From: Blastocatellia bacterium
GTDB taxonomy: Bacteria; Acidobacteriota; Blastocatellia; UBA7656
Reading direction: 5' to 3'
DNA: 64,000 nt
Assembly (NCBI GenBank): GCA_963765495.1
Contig: CAVXWP010000007.1
Span: 704,001-768,000 of the forward strand
This document shows, piece after piece, positions 29,081 to 37,986 of this stretch; positions within the stretch are counted from its first letter, which is position 1, and each line of letters begins with the position of its first letter. Both the position numbers and the translations under genes were made by a program. The notes beneath the pieces are model-generated. The model had not been told where the DNA came from and ran no database searches. It saw only the letters and a list, made by a program, of their open reading frames with translations.

Positions 29081-30865
29081 ATGAACGAACCTCTAGATGA
29101 TCTCGATAACGTCTGTCCGAACTGCGGAAGCGGCGAAAGTGAACCTGACGCGCAATTTTGCCAGACGTGCGGCTCGCGCCTCGGGTCCCCGCTTGTATTG
29201 ACCCCGCCGCCGCCGCCGCCTTCGGATGAGGGCAAGATTGTAGCCGGGCGATTCAATATCATCTCTCTGGTGTGGACCGCGCCGACCTACAACGTCTACA
29301 GAGCGATCTCAACCGACACGCAGCAACTCTTCACGGTCATAGAACAGCAACTCGGGCCGGGTCAGCCACTGGCCGGTCTTGCCGAGATCAATGATGCGTC
29401 GGAGGTGACTCCGCCTGATGGCTCGCACGTCAAGACATCGGGCAGCCTCGAAGAAGCAGGAGCCGCCTTTGAGAGGTTCGGTTTGTTCAAACCCGTCGAA
29501 CACGCGATTGAGGATGAACATATCTTTCTGGTCTTCGAGCCTATTCAGGGCCACCCGATGGTTCACCTCGACCAGATGGACGAGAAAGAGGCTCGCGCCA
29601 TAGGGTTGCAGCTTTGCGAGCTTGCCGAGCGGTTTCATCGTCACGGATGGGTATACAACGGATTCGAGCCTTACAGCATAGTCCTGGATCAGGAAAAGCG
29701 CCCGCGTTTGATAGGCTTTGATCGCGCGCGGCAGATTGGCACACGTGTTGACTCCGCGCCGATCTATCCAAGCCGTGGCTATACGGGGCCTGAACTGTTC
29801 GAACCCGACGCCGTCTATGAAGAGACTTCGGATGTCTATTCCATAGGCGCGCTGTTGCAGTTTCTTCTCACGGGCGAAAGCCTCGGCGAAGCGGCCGGGC
29901 TTTATCCGGTGGCCACGGTCATCCCCGATTTCGAACGATTGCTTGCGCGCGCGCTGGCCGAAGACCCCGCCTCGCGCTTCCAGAGCGTTTCAGCTTTACG
30001 CACGGCCCTGACCGAGCTTAACCTGCCCGTGGTCTTGCAGTCGGGCCACTTCACCGACGTAGGGCTTGTCCGCGAATTGAACGAAGACAGCGTGCTTGCG
30101 CTCAACCTGACTCAGTACTACGAATCGGTGCAGACGCAGATAGGCGTCTATGTCGTATCGGACGGCATGGGGGGCGAGGCGGCGGGCGAAGTGGCCTCTC
30201 GCGTCACCGTGCGAGGCATAGCCGAGTGGGTGACGGAAAAACTGATATCGGCCTCGCTCAAATCAACCCGCGAAGAGAAGATAGCCGCGCCAACTCACAC
30301 GGGCGGTCTGCGTCTGGCCATTGCCGACGGCAACGATATGGCTACGACGGAGATGCTCAGGATGGCCGTCAATCACGCGAACCGCGAAGTGCTGGCCTAT
30401 GCCCGCGCAAACCCGGAGGCGCGCGGGCTCGGCGCGACAGTTACGGTAGCCATGGTCGTCGGAGACGTGCTGACCATCGCGCACGTCGGCGACAGCCGAT
30501 GTTACCTGCTTTCGCGCGACAGACTTGAGCAATTGACCGAAGATCACTCGCTTGTTCAGCGCATGGTCAACACGGGCAGCCTCTCGCGCTCTGAGGCGCG
30601 AATTCATCCTTACCGCAACGTCATCTATCGCTCGATAGGCTCGGACGAGCAGATAGAGATAGACATCATTCGGCGCAAACTCATCAACGGCGATGTCCTC
30701 ATGCTTTGCAGCGACGGGCTCAACGGCATGTTGAGCGATGATCAGATACGCGACATCCTGATGGTCAACCCGGAACCGAATCTCGCAGCAAAAGAACTCG
30801 TGGTCGCGGCCAATGCCGCAGGCGGCGAGGACAATACTTCCGTCCTCGTCGTTCGCATCGCATAA
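29081..30865 (+). CDS. Zinc-ribbon + pseudokinase + PP2C (Stp1-like) phosphatase fusion
   Basis: CPNC..CQTC ribbon; kinase-like core with SDVYSIG but degenerate catalytic motifs; PP2C motifs NED, SDGMGG, HVGDSRCY, LCSDGL, GGEDN. Confidence 0.88.
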   Translation: MNEPLDDLDNVCPNCGSGESEPDAQFCQTCGSRLGSPLVLTPPPPPPSDEGKIVAGRFNIISLVWTAPTYNVYRAISTDTQQLFTVIEQQLGPGQPLAGLAEINDASEVTPPDGSHVKTSGSLEEAGAAFERFGLFKPVEHAIEDEHIFLVFEPIQGHPMVHLDQMDEKEARAIGLQLCELAERFHRHGWVYNGFEPYSIVLDQEKRPRLIGFDRARQIGTRVDSAPIYPSRGYTGPELFEPDAVYEETSDVYSIGALLQFLLTGESLGEAAGLYPVATVIPDFERLLARALAEDPASRFQSVSALRTALTELNLPVVLQSGHFTDVGLVRELNEDSVLALNLTQYYESVQTQIGVYVVSDGMGGEAAGEVASRVTVRGIAEWVTEKLISASLKSTREEKIAAPTHTGGLRLAIADGNDMATTEMLRMAVNHANREVLAYARANPEARGLGATVTVAMVVGDVLTIAHVGDSRCYLLSRDRLEQLTEDHSLVQRMVNTGSLSRSEARIHPYRNVIYRSIGSDEQIEIDIIRRKLINGDVLMLCSDGLNGMLSDDQIRDILMVNPEPNLAAKELVVAANAAGGEDNTSVLVVRIA

Positions 30866-30886
30866 CCTTTGATCGGGCAAAGGCAG

Positions 30887-30901
30887 TGACGAATTTTGTC
30901 A
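30887..30901. promoter_or_regulatory. Imperfect palindrome, candidate enhancer (UAS) for a sigma54 activator
   Basis: TGACGAA-T-TTTGTCA, about 100 bp upstream of the -24/-12 promoter. Confidence 0.4.
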
Positions 30902-30997
30902 TGCGCTACCTTCCGTAATCTGTTACCCGCATAGAACATATATCCGCTACCCTCAAGTTTCTAAATGACTTATTACTACCCTAATTGGGTCAATAGG

Positions 30998-31014
30998 CTG
31001 GCACGAGCATTGCT
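30998..31014 (+). promoter_or_regulatory. Sigma54 (RpoN) -24/-12 promoter
   Basis: CTGGCACGAGCATTGCT matches YTGGCACG-N4-TTGCW exactly; predicted TSS near 31025. Confidence 0.8.
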
Positions 31015-31024
31015 CAATTGATAG

Positions 31025-31165
31025 ACGTAGCATAGAAAACCATTAGCGGTCGGGATCACGGGGGCGATGTCGACCGCTATTAAAAAAAAAGCAGTAAGTT
31101 GAGTTTGTAATGCAAGTCCCGGAGATCGGGATGACGGGGGCCATGCCGGTTTCCGGGGCTTGTCT
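31025..31165 (+). ncRNA. Candidate structured RNA (sRNA or leader): two hairpins with ACGGGGGC loops
   Basis: Hairpins at 31044-31079 and 31113-31162; four G.U wobbles on the + strand, shared G.G mismatch, compensatory closing pair (C-G vs G-C). Confidence 0.65.
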
Positions 31166-31239
31166 GATTGAATGAATTCCGCCACTCCGAATCGTTCCCA
31201 AGTTATCTCTTGACCCAGGAAGAAGGAAGGTATCCGACA

Positions 31240-31482
31240 ATGTTGATGAAATCCAATTTGAAAAGAGAAGTCGGTTCACTGGACATACTGATCAGCGCCA
31301 TATCCGATGAATTGACCAATCAACCTGAGCGAAGCGCGCACGCTTCTACAGAGAGCAATCTCGTCAAAGAGATGGAAGAGGCTCTTTGCGAACTGCGCCA
31401 GGCGCGTGCATACCGCAAGGTGCTGTTGAGCGTCTTCGAGAAAGAATATGACGCGGGCGAAATGAAGAATAGAGGCCACTAA
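31240..31482 (+). CDS. Small helical hypothetical protein (80 aa)
   Basis: Purine-rich RBS AGAAGGAAGG before ATG 31240; two amphipathic helices; upstream of the sigma gene. Confidence 0.6.
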   Translation: MLMKSNLKREVGSLDILISAISDELTNQPERSAHASTESNLVKEMEEALCELRQARAYRKVLLSVFEKEYDAGEMKNRGH

Positions 31483-31519
31483 AGATCAGGTGCTATCAAG
31501 CGGGCAGCCAATCGGCTCC

Positions 31520-31539
31520 ATATTCACGGGGGGGAATAT
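31520..31539 (+). promoter_or_regulatory. RBS hairpin with ACGGGGGG loop
   Basis: ATATTC-ACGGGGGG-GAATAT ending 5 nt before ATG 31545. Confidence 0.6.
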
Positions 31540-31544
31540 CGAAT

Positions 31545-33239
31545 ATGTCTACCATGAAACAGAGTTATCCGGGAAAATCATCAGGCTTTGTAAAATCAGG
31601 CAGCAAAGCCGCCTATCTTAACTACAACAAGAAAGATCAGATGCAATCCGCGACGATTGAAGAAGACGAAGCCGATGATCTGTCAATCACCGCGTTGGAT
31701 GATGACGCAGCCGAGGGCATCGCGCTTGAACTTGATGTGGAAGACGATAGCTCGGATGATTCAATCGAAGATGAAATCGAGGTAGACCTCTCTCTAGGCA
31801 GCAAGAACCGCACAGACGATCCGGTGCGGCTCTACATGCGCGAGATGGCAGTCGTGCCTTTGCTGACCCGCGAGGGCGAAATATCGGTTGCGCGCCGAAT
31901 CGAGCGGGGACGGCAGCGAGCCATAAAAGCGGTCTCGCGCTCGCCCATTTGCGTTGAAGAGGTATTGCAGACCGGCGACCAGTTGCGCCGCGAGAAAATC
32001 CTGATCACAGACCTTGTAAATTTCAATGATCAGGAAGGCATGACCGAGGATAGAGTCGAAGAGTACCTCGGCATTACATTGGAACAGATTGCCGAATTGA
32101 AGAAGACCTATCAGAAGGCGCTCAGACTCTACAAATCCCTGCGAGCGGAGCCGAAGCGGTCAGCAAAGATTTCTCGAATTCGCTACAGGCTTTCCCGCGT
32201 TCGCGTGGAGTTGAGCCGAAGGATGCGCGCTCTTGACCTGACCCGCCATCTGCACGAAAGACTCGTGGCCGTCATACGCGAAGAAGTCAGACGAGCGAAA
32301 CAGGCAAAAGGCGAAATCGCGGATGCGACCCTTGCGCTTGAGAAGAAGAGAAGAAAGACCGATAGCGAGCGCAAGCTGAAGCGCGACCTGCGCGAAGCTC
32401 GCCGCCGTCTGATTGAACTGGAAGATAAATGGAAGATGAGCGCCAGCGAACTAGAGCGCTCGCTTCGGACGATTACCATCGGGGATGCCGAAGCCAATCA
32501 GGCCAAGAGCGAACTGATAGAAGCAAACCTCAGGCTCGTGGTTTCGATAGCCAACAAACACACGAATCGCGGCATGCAGTTGCTCGACCTCATACAGGAA
32601 GGCAACATCGGCTTGATGAAGGCCGTAGACAAATTCGAGTGGCGTCACGGCTGCAAGTTTTCGACCTACGCGACGTGGTGGATACGTCAGGCGATAACGC
32701 GCGCCATAGCCGATCAGGCCCGCACCATAAGAATACCCGTTCACATGTTCGACACGATCAACCGTTTGAATCGCACCGCGCGCTCGCTCGTGCAGGAGCT
32801 TGGCCGCGAGCCCAGCTATGAAGAGATCGCCGCGAGAATGGAACTGCCCGTAGCAAAGGTGCGGCACATCCTGAAGATCGCGCAGCAACCCATCTCGCTT
32901 GAGACGCCCGTTGACGAAGACGAGCATTCGCATCTGAGCGACTTTATCGAAGACAAAAGGATCAACGACCCGTCGGATGCGCTGATCGGCGACAGCCTGC
33001 GCGAAGTGACCTTCGAGGCGTTGAAAGCGCTCACGCCGCGTGAAGAGAAAGTCATCAAGATGCGGTTCGGGCTCTCGTCAAACGGCAACGAGCACACGCT
33101 CGAAGAGGTAGGCCATTACTTTTCGGTAACGCGCGAGCGCGTACGCCAGATCGAATCAAAGGCACTCGGCAAGCTTGGAAGAGTTGCCCGCTCTCGGAAA
33201 CTGAGATCGTTTCTGGAAGGGTCAAGACTCTGCGGTTAG
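31545..33239 (+). CDS. RNA polymerase sigma70 factor, RpoD paralogue (group 1/2-like)
   Basis: [11 protein letters not shown] (1.2), [17 protein letters not shown] (2.2), [35 protein letters not shown]...[10 protein letters not shown] (4.2). No dnaG upstream; several non-canonical substitutions. Confidence 0.92.
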   Translation: MSTMKQSYPGKSSGFVKSGSKAAYLNYNKKDQMQSATIEEDEADDLSITALDDDAAEGIALELDVEDDSSDDSIEDEIEVDLSLGSKNRTDDPVRLYMREMAVVPLLTREGEISVARRIERGRQRAIKAVSRSPICVEEVLQTGDQLRREKILITDLVNFNDQEGMTEDRVEEYLGITLEQIAELKKTYQKALRLYKSLRAEPKRSAKISRIRYRLSRVRVELSRRMRALDLTRHLHERLVAVIREEVRRAKQAKGEIADATLALEKKRRKTDSERKLKRDLREARRRLIELEDKWKMSASELERSLRTITIGDAEANQAKSELIEANLRLVVSIANKHTNRGMQLLDLIQEGNIGLMKAVDKFEWRHGCKFSTYATWWIRQAITRAIADQARTIRIPVHMFDTINRLNRTARSLVQELGREPSYEEIAARMELPVAKVRHILKIAQQPISLETPVDEDEHSHLSDFIEDKRINDPSDALIGDSLREVTFEALKALTPREEKVIKMRFGLSSNGNEHTLEEVGHYFSVTRERVRQIESKALGKLGRVARSRKLRSFLEGSRLCG

Positions 33240-33277
33240 AGTTCTTTGTACGAGCGAGTTTGAACAGTAGCAAATAG

Positions 33278-33381
33278 AAATAGGCCGGGACGGACGCGGA
33301 TGCGGCGGATCTACGCGGATCTGACATTATATGATCTAATCCGCGAAAACCCGCCGCATCCGCGTCCGTCCCGGCCTATTT
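33278..33381. repeat. AATAGGCC-ended fold-back (MITE-like) element with 9-nt GCGGAT repeats
   Basis: AAATAGGCCGGGACGGACGCGGATGCGGCGG ... CCGCCGCATCCGCGTCCGTCCCGGCCTATTT, near-perfect inverted arms. Confidence 0.9.
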
Positions 33382-33459
33382 GGCACTTTTCCCAACCATT
33401 CATTTGGATATGTCAAAGTTCACTTAACCCAAAAAGCCTATTGTGATTTGCCGCACTGC

Positions 33460-33488
33460 TTGACATCATTCCTGTCCGCAGAAATAAT
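33460..33488 (+). promoter_or_regulatory. Possible sigma70 promoter
   Basis: TTGACA-N17-AATAAT upstream of the DUF4062 gene. Confidence 0.4.
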
Positions 33489-33529
33489 TCCGCCACTAAA
33501 TAACGTCAGTTAACTTCGGAGGTAGTTTT

Positions 33530-35728
33530 GTGAGCCTGCCCAATCCGGCGACCGTTCATGTCTTTGTAAGTTCTACGTGGCTCGACCTAAAGCCTGAGCG
33601 CCGGGCCGTGCTCGATGCCTTGCAACGGATACGCGAGACGAAGTACAACGGGATGGAGCACTTCGGCAGCCGCGATGAAACCACCGCCCGCGTCTCTGTA
33701 GATGAAGTGGACCGCAGTCAGCTTTATCTGGGCATCTTCGGCGGGCGATATGGTTCGGGCATCACAGAGAAGGAATACCGCCGAGCGCGCGAGTTGAATC
33801 TGACTTGCCTGATCTATTTCAAAGATGAAGAGCAAATTACCGAACGCGACCCCGAGCCTGAAAAGGCACAGCAATTGGCCGAGTTAATGGCCGAGTTGCG
33901 AGGCAATCACGATGTTTCACTTTTTACATCACCCGAAGACCTCGCCTTCAAAGCGACATCCGATTTGCACCGATGGCTATTTGATAATTACCTCCCCGAC
34001 AGATTGAAAGAAGTTATGCGGGGTACCGCGCCCAAAGGGGAAGCCGAAGCCCTGCTTTCCGGGATCAAGAATTTAGACGATTTAGATCAAAGATTATTAT
34101 CGCAACTCCGGCAGGCGGGTTTAATCATCGCCCCCGGCAGAGATTACATTGGGCGCGACCAGACAACCAACATTTACAATGTGCCTGTACCGACGATTAA
34201 CGCGCTGTATCAACTGCCGCCGCCTCGTGATTTCACAGGCCGCAAAGAAGAGTTGACCGAGTTGATGGGCAAACTCAAATCAGGAGGTGTGAACATCTCC
34301 GGCCTTCGCAGGCTTGGCGGCATAGGCAAGACCGCGCTCGCCTTAAAGCTTGCCGAGCAACTGGCTGCACGCTACCCTGACGCGCAGTTCTATCTCGATT
34401 TGAAGGGAGTCAGTTCCCGGCCCCTGACCGCAGGCGAAGCGATGGCGCACGTCATCCGAGCCTATCACCCTACGGCGAAACTCCCCGAAGGCGAAGCGGA
34501 GTTGCGCGGCATTTACATGACCGTGCTTCACAATCAGCGGGCGTTGTTGCTGATGGACAACGCAAAGGAGCGTTCGCAGGTAGAGCCGTTGATACCGCCT
34601 GATAGTTGCGTGCTGCTCGTCACGTCTCGCAGCCGCTTTCACTTGTCCGGCTTGTTTGCAAAGGATTTGGATGCGCTGCCTCTGGAAGATGCCCGTGCAT
34701 TGCTGCTCACCATCGCGCCACGCATAGAGGAACATGCCGATACGATAGCGAACCTCTGCGGCTGCCTGCCTCTTGCTTTGCAGGTAACAGCGAGCGCCAT
34801 CGCAGAGCACATTGACATAAGCCCGACGGATTACGCCCGGCGGCTCGCGGATGCAAAACATCGACTTGAATTGATAGATGCCTCGCTCAGCTTGAGCTAC
34901 GAGTTGTTGAGCAAAGAGATGCAGAGATTATGGCGCTTGCTCGCGGTCTTCCCTGATACTTTCGACAGGGAAGCTGTCGCGGCAATCTGGGAAATGGAGC
35001 CTGAAGCGGCGCAAGAATCATTAAGCGCGCTTGTGACTTACAGCCTCGTGGAGTACGACCCGCCAACCACCCGTTACAGTTTGCATGACCTCGCCCGCGT
35101 TTTTACGGATGACCGTCTGAACGAAGCCGAGCGAACCGATGCCAAAAGACTTCACGCCTCGCATTTTCTGAGCGTACTCAGAAAATCAGGACGGCTTTAC
35201 TCGCAAGGCGGAGAAGCAATCAAACAAGGGCTGACTTCATTTGATCTGGAATTGACCAATATTGAAGCAGGGCAATCGTGGTCTGAGAAACACGCTGATG
35301 AAGATGAAGCCGCCGCCAGATATTGCAGCGACTATCCTAGTGTGGCGGGAATCTTGCTCAATCTACGCCAATCTCCTCGCGAGCGTATACGTTGGCTTGA
35401 GCCTGCATTGGTCTGCGCCCGGCGCTTGAAGGATCAATCTGATGAGGGAATCCATCTAGGCAACCTGGGCCTAGCATACTACAACTTGGGAGAAGTGAGA
35501 CGAGCAATCGAGTTCTACGAACAGCGTCTTGTCATAGCCCGGGAGATAGGAGACCGGCGAGGCGAAGGCACCGTGCTTTGGAACATGAGCCTAGTTTTTG
35601 ATAAACTCGGTGACCGCGCTCAAGCAATTGCTTGCGCGGAAGCCTCGCTAAAAATTAGAGAGGAAATTGAAGACCCAAGGGCCGCCAAGGTGCGCGAGCG
35701 GTTAGCTGAGTGGCGCGGGGAGGAATAG
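33530..35728 (+). CDS. DUF4062 - NB-ARC/STAND NTPase - TPR protein (NLR-like)
   Basis: GGAGG RBS plus GTG start; VFVSSTWLDLKPER (DUF4062), FTGRKEEL, GGIGKT, LLLMDN, VTSR, GCLPLAL, LHDL, TPR_12-type GNLGLAYYNLG...AREIGDRRGEG. Confidence 0.88.
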   Translation: MSLPNPATVHVFVSSTWLDLKPERRAVLDALQRIRETKYNGMEHFGSRDETTARVSVDEVDRSQLYLGIFGGRYGSGITEKEYRRARELNLTCLIYFKDEEQITERDPEPEKAQQLAELMAELRGNHDVSLFTSPEDLAFKATSDLHRWLFDNYLPDRLKEVMRGTAPKGEAEALLSGIKNLDDLDQRLLSQLRQAGLIIAPGRDYIGRDQTTNIYNVPVPTINALYQLPPPRDFTGRKEELTELMGKLKSGGVNISGLRRLGGIGKTALALKLAEQLAARYPDAQFYLDLKGVSSRPLTAGEAMAHVIRAYHPTAKLPEGEAELRGIYMTVLHNQRALLLMDNAKERSQVEPLIPPDSCVLLVTSRSRFHLSGLFAKDLDALPLEDARALLLTIAPRIEEHADTIANLCGCLPLALQVTASAIAEHIDISPTDYARRLADAKHRLELIDASLSLSYELLSKEMQRLWRLLAVFPDTFDREAVAAIWEMEPEAAQESLSALVTYSLVEYDPPTTRYSLHDLARVFTDDRLNEAERTDAKRLHASHFLSVLRKSGRLYSQGGEAIKQGLTSFDLELTNIEAGQSWSEKHADEDEAAARYCSDYPSVAGILLNLRQSPRERIRWLEPALVCARRLKDQSDEGIHLGNLGLAYYNLGEVRRAIEFYEQRLVIAREIGDRRGEGTVLWNMSLVFDKLGDRAQAIACAEASLKIREEIEDPRAAKVRERLAEWRGEE

Positions 35729-35754
35729 CACAACTCTTGGCTTTGGCTAATACT

Positions 35755-36699
35755 CTATCGCCCGGCGATGGAGAGATACATTAATCGGGAATAACGGTCA
35801 AACTGGTCGCGGTTATTGCTGATTACGCTTGATTGAGCTACAGGGCGATACGCCAATCCGGCACGTTTTACTCCTCGCGCTTCTACTTTTGAACGTTCGG
35901 GCCACGCTCTCGCAAGCAACGGGCGCACGCGGGCGAAATCTTCATCAAGCGCCGCACTTTCTGCCGCATCACTCAACGCCCGAATTGCAGATTGGAAATT
36001 TACCTCGGCTCGGTATGACATCCGCCCGACAAGCCCCGAATAATCGAATGCGTCGGCCCGTATGCGAAAGCTCTTCTCAAGATCAGCCGAATACACATCG
36101 AGCAAGGTCTCTTCGCCGCTGAATTCTGCCGTGTCCAGTACGCGCCCTCCCTGCCCCCGCATCCCGGATATGCCTTCGGTATAGTCTACGCGGATGTTTC
36201 GCAATGCGCCTACTACCATCAGCCTGATCTCCGATAAAGCCACGGTTTGCTCTCCGCCCGCGTGGGTTATTTGAAATTCGTCTCCGGCGACTACGACTCT
36301 TCGCGCCCGCATCAATTCGTTAGCAAGTTGCAGATCGTCGTCGGCTACTACCGAGGCGTTCAGCCAGCAGGTGCGGACGAGCGCGGCTATCAATTCGGCT
36401 TCCTGGCGATGCTGGCACCGGGCGATTGGAATCCGCTTGTTGATTCTCACAAAAGCGCCCGCCTCTTCGGCCTCGCACTTGAGCGCCGCCGCAAGCGCCT
36501 CTTCTGCTCGCGGGTCGGCCTCGCTTTTCGCGGTTTCGAGAATAGCGTTGAAAGCGCGTTCGGAATAGTCTATGTTTCGCTGAGGCGGCGCGGCTTCGAT
36601 GCGGGCCACGGGCAGCGCTTCGTCGCAATAGAGGCACTTGCCTCTTGCGGCAGGTGTCCGCCGGGCGCACGCCGGGCAATTTATCACGTCCTGGCTCAC
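35755..36699 (-). CDS. Hypothetical protein with N-terminal zinc ribbon
   Basis: CPAC...CLYC; long ORF filling the gap; no family recognised. Confidence 0.7.
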   Translation of the reverse strand: MSQDVINCPACARRTPAARGKCLYCDEALPVARIEAAPPQRNIDYSERAFNAILETAKSEADPRAEEALAAALKCEAEEAGAFVRINKRIPIARCQHRQEAELIAALVRTCWLNASVVADDDLQLANELMRARRVVVAGDEFQITHAGGEQTVALSEIRLMVVGALRNIRVDYTEGISGMRGQGGRVLDTAEFSGEETLLDVYSADLEKSFRIRADAFDYSGLVGRMSYRAEVNFQSAIRALSDAAESAALDEDFARVRPLLARAWPERSKVEARGVKRAGLAYRPVAQSSVISNNRDQFDRYSRLMYLSIAGR

Positions 36700-36804
36700 T
36701 CGCGTTCTCGCTTTCCAATTTGATTAAAGGAGGCCCGCCGCGATTATAAAGGCAAAAATCAAAACTAAAAAGGCAAATTTATTCGCGCGAGCCCTGCTTT
36801 TTTC

Positions 36805-36833
36805 TGCAACCCTTTTCATTCGGGTTGCACTAA
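36805..36833 (+). promoter_or_regulatory. Possible ECF-sigma promoter
   Basis: TGCAAC-N17-CACTAA upstream of a DUF4097 gene; also a TGCAACCC/GGGTTGCA palindrome. Confidence 0.35.
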
Positions 36834-36895
36834 CTCTGTGAACAACAGGCAAGATGTATTAACGGTCACAATACGTATTTGATAAGGAGCAACTC

Positions 36896-37879
36896 ATGAA
36901 GACGATTATAGCGATGATGGTTTTACTGGTCGGGGGGCTGGTTGTCACCCCGGGCGCGAAAGGCGTGGCGGGCGGCTTTGACAACGCCGAAGACAGGATT
37001 TCGAGGGATTTCGAGGTCAGCCCGGGCGGGCGCTTGACCGTAGATACCGAAAACGGCTCAATCGAGGTGCGGTCAGGCGACAGCAACACGGTCAGCGTCG
37101 AGGTCATCCGCAAGGCCAGCGCGGGCAGCCGAGATGATGCAAATCGCCTGCTCCAGAGTATGCACGTAGACTTTAATCAAAGCGGCAACGATGTTCGCGT
37201 AGAAGGCAAGTCACAGGGGCGCGGGCGCAAGCATATGGAGTTTAGAATCCGGGTGCCGCGTAGCTATAACGTTGACCTCACTACGTCGGGTGGCAGCGTC
37301 AGCGTAGCGGAACTTCAAGGCGATGTGCGGAGCAGAACATCGGGCGGCAGCCTGAGCTATAGCCACATCGAAGGCCCGGTACAGGGCAAGACATCGGGCG
37401 GCAGCATCAGCGTAGACAATGTGCGCGGCAATGTGGATATAGACACATCGGGCGGAAGCATCAGCGTCAATGATGTGGACGGCGACATAGACGGCCACAC
37501 ATCGGGCGGGTCGGTCAGCGTAGAGCGCGTGAGCGGTCATGCTACGGTTGAGACATCCGGCGGAGGGCTGCACATAGCCGATGTGAGTGGAGCGGTTGAT
37601 GCGTCCACGTCCGGGGGCAGTGTGGAAGCGCGTTTCCCGAAACAGCTTGAAGCCGATTGCCGACTGACGACTTCGGGCGGAGGCGTTACCGTTTATCTTG
37701 TCGAAGACATCAGGATAAACATAGACGCCGAGGTGAACGGCGGGCATATCGAAACCGATTTCCCCGTGACCGTCGCCGGAAAGTTGAGTAAGTCTGCGCT
37801 GAAGGGAAGCATCAACGGCGGCGGCCCTATGTTGTATTGCCGTTCGTCGGGTTCGAGCATTTCATTGCGCAGGTTGTAG
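36896..37879 (+). CDS. DUF4097 family beta-strand repeat protein
   Basis: TAAGGAG RBS, signal peptide, about eight TSGG(S/G) repeats at 19-aa period, INGGGP C-terminus. Confidence 0.9.
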   Translation: MKTIIAMMVLLVGGLVVTPGAKGVAGGFDNAEDRISRDFEVSPGGRLTVDTENGSIEVRSGDSNTVSVEVIRKASAGSRDDANRLLQSMHVDFNQSGNDVRVEGKSQGRGRKHMEFRIRVPRSYNVDLTTSGGSVSVAELQGDVRSRTSGGSLSYSHIEGPVQGKTSGGSISVDNVRGNVDIDTSGGSISVNDVDGDIDGHTSGGSVSVERVSGHATVETSGGGLHIADVSGAVDASTSGGSVEARFPKQLEADCRLTTSGGGVTVYLVEDIRINIDAEVNGGHIETDFPVTVAGKLSKSALKGSINGGGPMLYCRSSGSSISLRRL

Positions 37880-37910
37880 GCTCAGGGCTAACCACAGTAA
37901 GGCCAGTGGA

Positions 37911-37986
37911 AATAGGCCACGGATGACGCGGATGCGGCGGATTTTCGCGGATTAGATCATAACTGGTCATATCCGCGTTGATCCGT
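37911..37986. repeat. AATAGGCC-family element (truncated right arm)
   Basis: AATAGGCCACGGATGACGCGGATGCGGCGGATTTTCGCGGATTAGATCAT...ATCCGCGTTGATCCGT. Confidence 0.8.

Noticed and set aside
31044-31162. Guanidine-II or c-di-AMP (ydaO) riboswitch
   Set aside because: Guanidine-II needs ACGR tetraloops with a short linker, while these loops are 8 nt and the linker is 33 nt; the ydaO 3' core (GCTAAC...CGTA) is absent; the downstream genes do not fit.
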